From Raillietiella orientalis (lineage: Eukaryota): DNA of 64,000 nucleotides. This document shows, piece by piece, positions 12,901 to 25,750 of the stretch; position 1 is the first letter of the stretch; every line of letters begins with the position of its first letter. Location of the stretch: NCBI GenBank assembly GCA_036172245.1, contig JAYWIR010000001.1:5394001-5458000 (forward strand), given 5' to 3'. The notes under the pieces are model-generated. The model was not told the DNA's origin. It worked only from the letters and a program-made list of their open reading frames with translations, and did not search any database. The translations under genes were made by a program, and so were the position numbers.

Positions 12901-14999
12901 CGCTAATCACCAATTAAAAAGCTCAGAGTCAAAAGGGGAAAGGCGGGGGAGGGAGAAGGAAAGGATCGGAATTTCCGGGAAAGAGCGCTTTGCCCACGCA
13001 TCTGCTCGCGCGCGGAGGGTCCCATCCAGCGGGGTCCGTCCGACAGATGTCCCCCTGGAAGGAGCACCTCCTCCGGCTCCGGCCATAAAGGAAGGAAAAG
13101 AGCGGAGAGCTGCGCCCCCCGGCCCCAGAGAAAGGCCGAGGCCTCGTCCCGCGGCAGCCGGTCAGCCTCCGGGAAGAAGCCAAACTTCCGGCGGCTTTCT
13201 TCGCCGATCTTCCTCGAGACGCGGGAGGCCAAGGTGTCCTGCTCTCCCATCGCCAAGGAGCACGTGACGGACCCTAGAAGGGTTGAGGGAGCCCAGCGGT
13301 CCTCGGAGGCCGCCGGAGGTGCTTCCTGCTGGTGGGGACGGCGCCCCGAGCAGGCTGCCTGCGCCCTTCCGCCGAAGGCGCTCTCGAGGGGACAAAACGG
13401 AGAGGGAGAGAGTCCCCCAGCGCCAAGGGGACTCCCCTCCGATAACGATGGAGAGCGACGATAGGGCGACTCCCCTCTCCCTCCTCCCGCGGCGGTGTCG
13501 CGCGCATCCCGCAAGACTTTCCGACCTGCAGCCCGCCCGCCTCCGCCGCCCCATCATCGCGGGCAGTAAAGGTGGTGATGCCCTCTGGCGGGACACCAAG
13601 GGCGCGACCGACCGCGCTGCCGGGTTCTCCGGTAGACCAAACGGGGCTTGTCCGGTTGCCGAGAGACCGGCCGCTGGGCGGCGCCCGCACCTCTGGACGC
13701 GACGGGGAGCGCTCCAGGAGCAGAAGGCCTCCGTTGGGCCCCTGCCCGCGGCCAAGGTGAGGGAGAGCCCTCGATCTCCGCTGCAACCCTTTCGTCTCTC
13801 CAGCCTGACTTTTTCCGTTCTTCCGTTTTGTCCCCTTCCTCCTCCGCCACTTCCCAGCATCTCGGGAAGCCCGGGGCCATTCCTCGGACGGGATGGGAGA
13901 GGGGAAACCCCTTCCTTCCCTCGCTGTCCGCCCCTTCCCGGTTTGAAATGTGGGGGGGGGGGGGGGGAAGGCAACGGGCCCGGGGCCCGCTGCCCCTCCG
14001 CCGCCGCGCTGCGGTTCTCCATGCCGGTCGAATTTACGAGGGAGTGCCTCGGATTTTTATGGGGCCAGGAAGGGTGAATGCGGCTCCCCTGCTCGCCAAA
14101 TTGGTTCCAAATGGCACCCCAAACGCGCCCATTATCTTCTTCGGAGATGTCGAACATCTTGCTTGCCTCCAGCTTCTCCGCTGCCGCCTTCTCTCTTCCG
14201 CTTCCTCCTTTCCTCTTCTTCCTCCCCCCCCCCTTTTTTCCTTTTCCGTTCACGCTCCCCGCTTTAATTTATGGGCTGATTCCCCCCCTCCCCTCCTCGG
14301 CTCGAGGGGGGAGGCGGAGGAAATCTCCCCAGCAACGGGAAACTTTCAAGTGGCTGCTAAGTGATCTCGCGCGCGACCGCGGGGGACACGCGAGGATCCC
14401 GGCAGGCGCGGAGGCGCTCGGCGTCTCCCCCGTCCGGGGAGTAGAAGGAGAGGGAGAAAGGGCAAGCAGGGAGCGTCCGAGAAGCCCGGAGCAGTCCGCC
14501 GGGCCCCGGGACGGGTCCCGCGAGGACGTGAGAGGAAGAGAACCGAAGGCTCCCGGACGTCATTGTCCCTCTCAGCCTCCTCTGAGGAAGCACCCCCACA
14601 GCTCATGGCTGCCGTCTCTTCCTCCCTCGACCTTCTCCTCCCGCCTCCCTTTGCCCTCTAAAGGGAAGGACATGGGCCGCCTCCCTCCTTCGCGGACTTC
14701 CCGCCAATCCCTATCCAGGGCTTCGCCGCGCCGGCGCCGCAGAGCTCAGGGATCGAGCGCCTCACGTCTCCCACTCCACCTCACCCTTCCCGACGGCCCT
14801 CGCATGTACAGCCTCCCGAAGCATCGGCAGAGCGTTCACGGGCGCACCTCTAGGGTGCGACAGAAGAGCCTTTCTCCCATCCCTTTCTCGGAGCCATTCT
14901 CTCTCCTCCTTTTTCTACTTTCCGCTCTCTCGAGATCCCGTTTGTTTTGAGAACGGAAAATTTCCCACGACCACGCCCTGCTGAGCTAATTGCACTGGA

Positions 15000-15240
15000 G
15001 GAGAAAAGGAAGAAGGGAGAAGGAAGGAGGGTGAAAGAAAGGAAGAGGAGCAAGGGAAGGGAAGGAAGAGAATAAGAGGAGGAGACAAGACGAAGGGACG
15101 AAGGGAAGGAGGAAGAGGAGGAAGGAAAAGGAGAGAAAGGGAGAGGAAAAGAAGAGGAGGAAGGATGGAGAAGGAGGAGGAGGAGGGAAAGGAGAAGAGG
15201 AAAGGATAAGGGAAAGGAATGGGGAGGAAAGGAGGAGGAA
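15000..15240 (+). repeat. Polypurine (GA-rich) tract
   Basis: ~240 nt almost exclusively A/G. Confidence 0.9.
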
Positions 15241-16519
15241 CGCAGGTTGCTCACTGCGTCCTTTTCCCTACAGGAAGAGCTGCAAGCCTCACCGAGGGGC
15301 GAGCGGCCGACGAGCCGCCAATTGGCTCTCTACCTTGAGAAGGCCTCCCTCCCGGTGGAACCTCTTCACCAGGACCAGCTGCTCTGGAAAGGCCTTTCGG
15401 AGCCGGAGGTCACATGCAGTTCATGTAGTTCCTCCCTCGTGGCCAGAGCACGCGACCGACACTCCCAGTGGACCGAGCACACCGCGCCCTGGGATGCCTC
15501 CATCTCAGTCCTTCCCCGTAGGCCAGTCTCCAGCTTTCGCGACTGAAAGGGCGGCCAGACGGGCGCTAGGACAATCCCGCGGAGATGGGCGCAAGGTCCA
15601 GGCGTTCGTGGTTGGACCTCCTCGCTTGCTCTCCGGCGACCACGTCCTTCTCTCCCGTCCAGAAGATCGCAAGCTCCTCCTTGAACCCTGGAGAGCTCGG
15701 GGTTGCGGAGACCCTTGTCGGCGGGAAGAGGACAGGTTGCTGAGACGAAACATAGGCGCCATCCCGTGAAGCGCTCCCCTCCTTAAAGCGGTTCTTCGAG
15801 GCACCGCCGAAAGGTCCGCGCGCGAACCGTCGAAGATTCAACCGCCGCCGTTCAACCTGGATCCTTCCCGCTGCATCCCAAGGTTTCTGGCTCCGGTTCC
15901 GTGGGCAAGAGATGTCCCTACGCCGACCACCTCACGCCGCCTCCGAGGCGGTTCTGCCCTGAGAGGGGATCTTGAAATCCACAACGGCAACGAAGAGGAG
16001 TTGGCAGCCAGAGACGAGAGCGGGCGATGCCGCATGGAATTGCCGCTGCGACCTTTCCCTCGCCGGGCGGCCCGAAGGGAGCGTTTCGCCACCTCGCGTT
16101 TTGCGCCGCCCATGTCGCGCAGCGGTGGACCACACGGGTGTGCCGGGTTTCCATGGCAGGTGGTGAGAGGCACTTACTTCCGGACGCGAGAGCTGTCACG
16201 TGAAAACTGGAGTGGGGGGGGGGCGCCGAACCGGTGAGCGGCCTTCCTCTTCGGCGCACCTGAGGGACGTCGGCAGGTCCGTCCAGCGGCGCCACCCTCC
16301 GAGCGAACGATCGCGGACACGCGGGCGATCGCTAGGCGTGCTCCAAGGGAGGGCGGTCCCCGTTCGACAGGACTGTTGGCAGCTCTTTGCGCGGCTTGCT
16401 GGTGCAGGAAATTTCGTCAACGCACGCAATGCCGCTGGCAGCAACACCGCTGCGCACCATCCCACCACACCGCAGGGTTCGCGCCGAATGGGACACCTTC
16501 CAGTCGCAGGAGCGGGCGT

Positions 16520-16690
16520 CGGCGGCTCAACCTCTCCGTTCGTGCCGAGGCGGGAAATGGGGCGGGTTCGAATCCCGGATCCGGGCAACTATCCACCGAA
16601 GTGTGGGCCTTCGAGATTGTCGGCGCGACCACGAGACGAAAAATCCCCTTGGAAGTCTTCAAGACCCTCGGGTTTGGAGCGAGGCTGACT
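16520..16690 (+). mobile_element. Possible further tRNA-SINE head remnant
   Basis: Perfect B-box GGTTCGAATCCCG (~16566), then GAAAAATC and CGGGTTTGGAG, which are also present after the B-box in copy 2. No cloverleaf. Confidence 0.4.
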
Positions 16691-17029
16691 GCGGATGAGT
16701 TGTCCTGCTATCCTTCCTCTGATGGTTCTCAGAGCTACGGAGGATCTGCAAGTTGCGCCTGGTAACCCTCCATCGCTAAGCGACAGCTGCGAGACTGCCC
16801 CCCTTCGCCCCGCGAAAGACCGGAATGTGGGGCTCCTCCACAGCGAGTGGTAGCAGCCCTTCTATGTCTGGAGGTCTTCCTTCGACATCTTTCGCGGAAG
16901 GTCCTCACTCTCACTTGGGCGGCCGGGTCGCTGCATCCGTGTAGCAGTGGTCACGGGGCGGAGTGCACCAGGAGAGCCACACAGCCATTCGCTCCATGCA
17001 TGAGGGTTTCCCGAGCAACGCCTACTCCT

Positions 17030-17560
17030 AGTTTCTTTTCCGAAGGGACCCCCCGGAAAGGATCCTCTCCTTGTGGCTCCTCTGAAGAGGAACCTCGAAG
17101 GTGAGCTTCCCAATTTCTCTGAAGGAAGAGTCCTTCAGAGAGGGAAGAGCTCTCCCCGAAGGGAGCAGCGCACTTCTTGGCAGTCTAGAGAAGCGGCTCT
17201 CCGAAGGGGGTATCAACCAGCTCCACTGTAATCAGTGCAGAGTCCCCCACCGGGGGGGGGGGGAACGGCTTCATTTCCAACATAAAGGGAACCAGTACTC
17301 CTTGATTCCTATAAACATCCCGAAGGGTCAGCTTCCGATCCCAGCCAGTCAATGGGAGCATCTGGTGGTTTCCAGCTTCCACCCGAGCCGCGCCCAAATA
17401 GGCCAACCAGCATCATCTTGCAAGGGGGTACTCCAAACCCAAGACGCTATTTCCTCCCATTTCTCGGCGTCGATTTTTCCCCAGGCGGGATTCGAGTCCG
17501 CGACACTCTGTGCCACTCGCAAAGACCGCAGCCACACGGTTGCCGTCGAGGATCCGGAAG
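17030..17560 (-). mobile_element. tRNA-derived SINE, copy 2
   Basis: The reverse complement reads GGCAACCGTGTGGCTGCGG..GGACTCGAATCCC..GATGCTGGTTGGCCT..AAGTGCGCTGCTCCCTTCGG..GTTCCTCTTCAGAGGAG, collinear with copy 1. Confidence 0.72.
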
Positions 17561-17805
17561 CAAGAGGGAGAGAAGGGGATGAACCATAGCTGTGGCTAAT
17601 GCGGAGAAACCCTCTCGCATCTGCTTGTGAACCGTGCTGCCTTTCGGTCCCCGTGGGAACGTTTTGCGACGACATTCAAGATCCCATATGGCAATCTCAG
17701 GGCCACTTTGAAACGCCTCTTCGTGTGGGGGGGCTTCCTGCTTCCAGCCACTTCTTGGCAGCTCTTTGTTGCCCTCGAGGAATCGTGAAGACCTGGTGCT
17801 ACGCT

Positions 17806-18100
17806 AGAGGAAAGGAGGAGGAAAAGGAGAAGGAAAGGAAGAAGAGGAGTAAGAAAGGCGGAGAAGGAGGAAGAGAGGAGATGGAAAAGGAGGGGAGTGG
17901 AGAAGGAGGAAAAGGGAAGAGGGGGAGGAGAACAGAAGAAGAACAGCAGGCTGATGATAATGATGATGAGGGAAGGAAGGAGGAGGAGGAAAAAAGGAGA
18001 AAAAGAAGAGAGAGAAAGCGAAGAGGAGGAGGAAGAGGAAGAGGTGGAAAAGGGGAAAAGGAAAGGAGAAGGGAAGGAGATGAGGAGGAAAGAAGGAGGA
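17806..18100 (+). repeat. Polypurine (GA-rich) tract
   Basis: ~295 nt A/G-rich with an internal (GAT)n patch. Confidence 0.9.
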
Positions 18101-21100
18101 CCGCAGGTAGCGTACCCCGTCCTTTTCCCGGAAGGGAGAGCCGCAAGCAGCACCGAGCAGTGAGTGACCTTCCACCGCCGGGCGTGCGAAGTGGAGTGTC
18201 CCAACATTTCCCGAGAGAGTTCCAGAACGCGCTCGCGTGCCGACCTCACCACCACCTTCCACCTCGTGGTGGATCCCCTCCCCCTTCGGGTAGTGATGGA
18301 GATCCTCGAACAGTTCGCCACGCGTTTGCAGGGCGGCCCTCGAAAGGTAATTGGGAGCTGCCCGCGTCGTGCGCGCGGCGAGTTTCCCACCGGCGCGCAT
18401 AAATCCGCTTCCCAGATCCGCGCTCAGCTTCCATCATTGCCAAAAGCAACGTTCCGATACAGGGAAAGAATGCAATAATCCTTGGTTTATGGGATGCTGG
18501 AGGAGAGGAGGGCAGATGCCCATTCGTCTCTAGGAATTCCATGCATTTTCCACTGAAACGCAGGACCGGCTGCGATGATTGCCGTTTAGGCAAACCCGTA
18601 ATTTGGGGATCGGATGGTAGAAGGACCATGAGAAACGATGCGGAGGAGGCGATGATTTTAATTTCCAGGGACTCTTTTCTTTCTTTTTTTTTTTTCTTTT
18701 TTTTGCCGCCGAGAAAGAACGGATGCCGGAGAGCGGGCGGCAGGAGTTGGAGAGAGGAGGCGAGGAGGTGCGCGCGCGCGCCCCCGTCGTTTCGCGTTCC
18801 TCCCACCTCTCCCTTCGCAGGGAGGAGATGGGCCTCTCACTCTTCGCAGGGACAGCGCTACTTCGTCGTCGGGAGGGAAAGAGTGGGAGGTGCCGATTTC
18901 CGCCTTTTCGAGGAAGGCGCGCGCGCGAGTTCGTGAGACGCCCAACTCCCTCACCCTGGGACGCCCCATTCGCCAATCCCTGACGCTCGTTCCTCTGAGC
19001 GCTTTGACCTCGCCCGAGATTTATGGGAATGCAAGAAGCGCTCCCGGCGTAGGGGGAGGAGGAGAAGAAAGGAAGGGGAAGAGGAGGAGGAAGGCAGGTC
19101 CCCTCCTCCTCCTTCTTCTTCGTGCCCTTTCTGCCAACCGGAGGCAGCGTTTCTGAGGTCTTCCCCGAGGATGCGGGCAGCGGTCGTCCGTTGATTGGAA
19201 GCCCCGGCGACGCTGGGGTGTTTCGCCAGCGCAGGCACGTCTGGAACGTGGGATCGGGCGCTGCCCGCGGGCGCGGCCGGAAACCGCGTTCAGGACGGCG
19301 AGGACCCTTCGGGGTCGCCTCCAGCAAGCAGGGATCAGTCCTTTCTTTCCACCCACCCCCTCCCCCACTCTCTACGTACACGTCGGATGAGTGGTAGAGG
19401 TCCCCACCTCGTGAGCGAGTCCTTGAGTTCCTGGAGATTCCCCCCCCTAAAAGGGGAAAATAAGCTGGGGGGACATGGAAAGAAGCAAAGACGAATCCGG
19501 GGCGGGGGGGAAGGTGACGTGCTTGGCCCGCTGAGGCGGCCGCAGGGACCATTGCCGGTGGTTCGATCCCGGCTTCGACCTCTTTGCTTCCATCCCAGAG
19601 ACCACATCTCTCCCTCGAGAGCACGGCTCGCGGGAAGGAGGGGGCGGAAGAGACCACCTACACAAGCAGCTGCCTTCCTGCTGCGGGACGTCGGTCAAAA
19701 CGATAGCGCAACGGCGAGTGCTTGAGGACGAGTTCCAGCGTAAGGCAACAGCTGCATGGAAGCAACAGGGAGACTTCAGAGACGCACTCCCGCACGGACT
19801 GACCTGCAGGAGCTTCTGGAAGGGGAGCTGCGGCCCTTGCCGAGGAGATCATCGGGCCACTCGATGACCCGCTCGGCTCGGAGGCGGGAGGAAAGCGGAG
19901 GACCTGCCGTCAGTCCTTAAATCCGCCGTTGTCTCAGTGACCCGACGCGCGAGGTCTCTGCTCTTCCGGTGGTTCCTGGGGCAGGCGACAGTGCGAACCA
20001 TCTTCACACTTTGCCGAGCTCCAGCAGGTGGCGCAGGCATCCGAGACCCAGTCTTCCCTCTCGGACGATGTGCAACCCGTGGGATCCTGCCGTCGAAAGC
20101 CTACAGGAACCCTCCGGGATGCGCTTTTCCGGAAGAATGGGCGGAGCTGCCGGACTTCCCTCCTCAGGAAGAGCGCTCGTTGTTTCACACGAAGTGCGCC
20201 CTCAGTTCTGCAAGGCTAAACTTCGAACAAGGACTCACGCAAGGGGACACTCCCCACGGTCGGCTTCTCAGGTCGCAAAGCCACCCTCCCGAAGGAAGAA
20301 GGGGGCGAGAGGGGCAGGGAAGGACGTCGCGCCCACCCATTCCTCCCTCACCCCCTTCCCCTCCCGTAGCCGCCGCAGCTCAGGGTGGGCAGGACTGCCA
20401 TCTTTGCTTGCTCGCTCCCCCTCTCCCCTTCCTCTCCTCCACTTCCACAACCTCCTCCTCTCTTCTCGCTTCTGCTGATCGACCTGGTGGTCGCAGTCCT
20501 ATGGGAACAGAGTGGCTCCGAACCGGGGTGGACGGAGCCGACCTGGTGCTGCCTCCTCCATGACCGATCTCGCGGCCCGAGCCGCCACCGATCCAGCGAA
20601 GGGATGCTGGGGCGGCAGGACCGAAGGAAGGATAAAGGGAGGGAGGGAGTAGGCGGGAGCGGCGGGAAGAGGGAAGGAGGGTGCTCCCTCTTCGGGAACC
20701 GAACAGAATCTCTAAGAGCCGATCCTTCCCGACGCCGGAGCTCTCCTCGGCTGCGGGAGGAGGCTGTCCGGATCCCCGGGCAGCGGCAGAGCTGAGTCGA
20801 GAGGCCGCGACCGCCGTAGAAGTCGAGCGCTTCCTTTCTAACAGTTTTTAATTCTATTTCCTGCGCTACAAAGAGGAGTGACGTCTTTACGACTCACTTA
20901 TGAGATCCGAGATATCAATGGAAAGATTTACAGCATCCGAGAATAATGGCACCTCGAGTTTATCTTTCCTCAGCAACGGAAAAGAAGGAATAAATTTCCT
21001 CAAGTGCATCTTCGGAGCTTAAATATGCAATTACAAGAAAAGGTTAATTGGATGCTGCGACTCCACGGACGCGTAATGATGCAGCAGGCGCACGATTACC

Positions 21101-21391
21101 CGGAACTTCCCCGTCCTCGGAAGAGAATTCCCGTCGCCCGGGAGAATTTATCTGCACCGGCCCGCGGAACAGAACTTTTCAGCGTCCATCGCCTCGAATT
21201 TCGGCGGACGTGAAATATCGCCGCCGCCTCGCAGGGAGAGAGGCGCGCGCGCGCGCGATCGCGAGCGCCTCTCGGCGAGGGCGCCCCCTTCGGTGGAGTG
21301 GGCGCCCGCGCGTGATCGCGCCCATCAACGGCGGCGAGCTGCTCATCCGACGGAGCAGGGGGACAGGTGGATGCACTGGAGCTATGAACTC

Positions 21392-21970
21392 GCCTCTTCC
21401 TCCTCCTCCTTTTTTCATTCTCCCCCTCCTTTCTTCTTCCTCCTCCTCCTCTTCCCTTTTCCCTTTTTCTTCCTCCTCCCTTCCTCATCTTCCCTCCTCC
21501 TTCTTCCTCCTCTTCTCTCACTCCTTTCCCTCCTTTCCTCTTCCTCTTCCCTGTCTCCCTTTCTCTTCCCTTCCTCCTTCTGCTCCACCTTTTACTCTTT
21601 CCTTCCCTTCCTCTCTTCCTCCTGGTCTTCCATTCCTCCTCTTCATCATCCTTTCCTCTTCCTCATATTCGCTTCCTTCTCCTCCTCCTCCTTCTCATCC
21701 TTTTTTCATCCTCTCCTTCCCTTCCTTTTCCTCCTCTTCCTTCCTTCTCCTCCCGTCCACCTCCTCCTTTTTTCTCCTCCTTTTTCCTTCCTCTTCCTCC
21801 TCTTTCTGCTCATCGTCGTCGTCATCGTTGTCACCCACCATTATCATCCATTCCTCCTTCTCCTCCTCTTCCACCTTTCTTCATCCTCCTTCTCTTTTCC
21901 TCTTCCCCCTCCCTTTCTCCCCTCTTCCTGCATTCCCTTTTTGGATCATTGTCCTCATTTTCATCCTGAT
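21392..21970 (+). repeat. Polypyrimidine (CT-rich) tract
   Basis: ~580 nt almost exclusively C/T, the longest in the window. Confidence 0.9.
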
Positions 21971-23893
21971 CTCCACTCTCAAGGGCGAACTCTAGAGTGT
22001 TCCCTGTAGAACTTTCATCGCGGCGTCCCAGCAGCTTCCTTCTGCAGGTGACCTGCGTGTATGTGCCTCCTCCTAGGGGAGAGCGGAAGGGAGGGGAAAG
22101 CTATCCCTCCCATCAGATGCACATCTTGCTGGAACAGAAGGGCTCGACCGCCGCCGAGCTGCAGGAGCGTCTGAAGTCGTTGGTCTCGTCGGCCCCGCCG
22201 CGGCGTGTCCCCGGATGGAGCGTCGGCGGAGGCGCCGCCGAAGATGTTATCGCCGGTGGCCGCGCGGACTGGAAGGGACGACCATCGGCGGAGGGCGACG
22301 GAGGGGGAGACACGAGGCGACCCTCTACTTCTCCTCCGCGCCCGATCCATCAGAAGAGCGGAAGTCGCGGTTCCTCTCCTCGAGCACCCCCGCCCTTCGC
22401 TCCCTGCCCCAGGTTGAGAACGGGAGGGGGCGCGCGCGCGGCGACGGCCGGATTGTCTCCAGCCGGTTGGACCTCCGCCGCCCCCTCCTCGGGAACGCGC
22501 GCGCCACCTTGGAATGGAAGGTCGGGAAGCCGCTCCCTTCCGCCATCTGGGCGGGAGGTCGAAATTCGCCTTGCAAGGAGACCCCAGCAGGGCGAACTTC
22601 GACCAGCGACGATCGGCCTTCCCGCGGGAAGGAGCGAGCAGAAGGGCCTCCCTGCCCCGGGGTGCCCTCGTCCCGAAGGAGGATTCCAGAGACCGCACTT
22701 GACCCCTCCTCCCTTCTCTGTGAACGGTTCCTTTCGCTCCTTAGCTGGGACCCCCGCGCCGTTGCCTAGGAATGCGGCGAGGGGTGCGCGCGCACGTCCT
22801 TCATTTGCAGTTCCTTATTTATTTATTTATTTGTTTTTTGATTGTTGAGATTCTCGCGATCCGCCCTTTGCTTTCCTTCCCCTTGCTCCCCTCCCTTTTC
22901 CTCGAAGGCGTGGCCGGTTCTGAGGGCACATCGAGCCACGGCCCGGCGCACGCGCCGGCGGCGCGACAGCGGGAGCCGCCGCCGCGCCGGAGCTGCCTCG
23001 GAGACGGGCAAAAACCAAAACCCCGCGCGCCGAGTTGTCTGCGGTGGAACGGCCGCCGTGCTTCGTGTAAATCAAGGATAACGAGCGAGTTGGCATGGAG
23101 GTTCTTGAAGAACTCGGCGAGGAACATTCCAGAAGAAGAAGAAAAATCAGACCAGAGGCAGCAAACGGAGAGAAGCAGATGCGGATGGAGCAAGCGAGGG
23201 GAGTGGGAAGGGCAAGAAGAGGGAGGGTGCCTCTCGATGCGCGTTGCCATGGGAGGAGAAGAAGGGAAGGGGGGGGATGAGAGAGGAAGCAGAGGGCGGG
23301 TCACCCGAAGGCTCCACGCTGCTCTGAGGAGGGAGCGCGACCTTCCTCGGAGCAACGTAGAGGAGGAGAATTGGCGACGCGCGCGAGAGAGAGTGCACAC
23401 AATGTGGTCGCTTCTCCTCTCTTCCCCCCTCCCACATCCTGTCCCCCCTCCTTACGCGGCTATTGCAAGCTCCGTCGCCCATCGACTGAAAGGAACGGAA
23501 CCATTTTTTCCGTCCGTGGGAACGACGGGGAGATGGACCCCGAGGGTGCGACCTCCCCTTTACGCACGCGCTCAGGGTCGGCGCCCTCCCCTGAGACCCG
23601 CAGCGAAGAAGCAGGAGAGGAATGCTTGTCCTCCGGCAGCCCCCGCTCCCAAGACGCCGTCCTTCCCTCGAGCAAGAGGTCTCGTCCTTGGCGTGGATGG
23701 GAGCGCCCCCAGGGTCGGTCGTCGCAGCACGGATGCGTTCCCACGAGCTGGACACGAAGAGGAACCCAGGAACGAAAGATCCAGGAGCAAGTCTGAAGAT
23801 GTCTGAAGATCCAAGTATGCCGAAGATCAGTCGTCAGCTAGGAGTAAGAGGAAGAAAGGAGGGGAGAGGGTGCTGATGATGATGAGGAGGAGA

Positions 23894-23927
<34 letters not shown>
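23894..23927. repeat. (ACG)n microsatellite
   Basis: Perfect trinucleotide run. Confidence 0.9.
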
Positions 23928-23928
<1 letters not shown>

Positions 23929-25142
23929 GCCGAATTTTTCTTTCCAGATTCTGTTCTCCGCGTAGCAGAGGGATCCGAAGGCGGCTTCTTCGCCGTGGCT
24001 GTCCGAGGACGCGCACACGCGCCCGTTCCAGAGGTGGTAAGCGGGGCTGAGGGCTGGCTGATCCGGCGCGCTGGTGTTTGAAGTCACTGCACCCCTTCGA
24101 AGGATCACGGCTAAGGTCATTTTTTAAAGCCTCGATGGATCCCTGGAAACGGAGAAGTCGGACCAAAGACTAGCAATGCAGGACTCATTTGGGGGATGGC
24201 TGTTTCCACCACGAGTTGCAAGGGAAGGACCACCGAAAGGACCCAGGAGCTGCCTTGTACACCAACCTTGCAGAACTGCGAGGGCGCAGGGATCGGTTTC
24301 GGCTGAACCGGGGGAGGATGGAGGTCGGCGCCTGGCCGAGACTCCTAGCATTCGAGTGTCTTCGGAAGCGCGAGGGCGGAGCTGCGGAAGACCCCGGACC
24401 GCCGGCGCAATGAAGGCCCATTCTCTCCTCCGGGGCTAGGCAGCGTCCGAGGCTGCAGCGGACTTGCGCGCTGCTGCTCCACCCCGGCACCTGGACGGGC
24501 GGCTCGTGAGTTGGCTCGAAAGCGAAGACTTCAAAGGGGGCGCGAGGTGAGAGGCGCCGCCAGAAGATCCTCTCCTATCAGGATGGAAGAGAAGGGAACG
24601 CGGAAGGCTGGCAGGCAGGAGGCTGCCGAAGTCTGCGTGCCGCACCTCATAGGCGAAGGAAGGGAGGGGGAGAGAAAGGGGAGGCTGGTCCTGGGGTTCT
24701 TCTCCGAGCAGGAAACAAGAAAGCGAAAATTACAGGTTGAGGACTCGGGACGTTCTTCGGTTCCCTCCAGGTCGGATCCCTGGCAATCGCCGGCCCTCCT
24801 CCTCCCTTTCTTTCTCCTCCTTTCCACTTCCTCTTCTTCCCTTCCTCCTCTCTCCCTTCCTCCTTCCCTCTGGAGGTTGGAGAAGAATAGAGCAGCGCGA
24901 GAGGGAGGAGGGAAGCACTGCGTCCGGTGCGTCGCGGAGGGCGGCGCCCAACGAGCTCCGCTATGCGTGCGTCAGGAGAAGAGTCCCTCGCCATCCCCTT
25001 GCGGTGCCGACCCGGCCGTCACGAAGGCCGTTTCTGCCAGCAGCCTCCGCAGAGCGGCAAAGTAGTCACTGAGCGCAGACAGCTGCTTTCGTAGAGGAAC
25101 GAGGAAGTCCGCAGGAAGGCGGTCAGTCCGATCGTGTGGGCT

Positions 25143-25750
25143 GCCCGCGTGGGCGGCCGTGCGGCTGCGGCGCGGTCCGCCCGCGGTGCCAAACGTCGTG
25201 GGTTCGAATCCTGTTTGGGGAAGAATCGGCGGGGCGGCGTCGTGAGTTTCGAGTTCCCTTCTACCGGTCGAAGACGCTGGTTGGCCTGTAAGCTGCGGGT
25301 GCGGCACTGGTGGAAGCCGGGTGCCCCCGCTGACTAGCCATGATTGGAAATTGACTCTCCGGGGTCCTTACAGAGACCAAGGAGCGCCAGTTCCCTTAGG
25401 GGTTCCCCTCTGGCTGTGAAGATGGGTCTGTCTCCTCCCTCGGAGGGGAATCCTCCATCTCACACCATGGAGCTGGTGTCGACATCCCCCAGAGTATCAA
25501 GGAGTGCGCTGCTCCCTTCGGAGAGCAACTCTTCAGAGGGAATTCGGAAGCATCCGGAGTTCCTCTTCAGAGGAGAACCAACAAGGAGCGGTTCCCTTAA
25601 GAGTGCCCTCCAGAGAAGAAATCCTAGGAGTGGATCCTTTCAGGGTTCTCTCCGGAGAAGAGGCAAGGAGTGGCTCCCCCTTTGGGGGATCCTTCAGGAG
25701 AGAACAAGGAAGAGGTGGTTCCCTTCGGGGTTCCCTTTGAAGAAGGCGGC
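25143..25750 (+). mobile_element. tRNA-derived SINE, copy 1 (most complete)
   Basis: A-box-like GCGGCCGTGCGG and B-box GGTTCGAATCC (~25201). The body is shared with the copies at 17030-17560 (-) and 53997-54680 (+), e.g. GACGCTGGTTGGCCT and GTGCGCTGCTCCCTTCGG. The 3' part has ~41-43 bp tandem subunits. Confidence 0.75.

Noticed and set aside
19520-19590. tRNA-like B-box GGTTCGATCCC with a weak A-box
   Set aside because: No acceptor or anticodon stems. At most a SINE relic, not a tRNA gene. The same applies to the B-boxes at 16566 and 25201.
19700-19867. Peptide EDEFQRKATAAW..CRSFWKGSCGPCRGDH resembling a DIRS/Ngaro gag zinc finger
   Set aside because: It is short, and I recognised no adjacent RT, RNase H or tyrosine recombinase motifs. 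Not supportable without a search.
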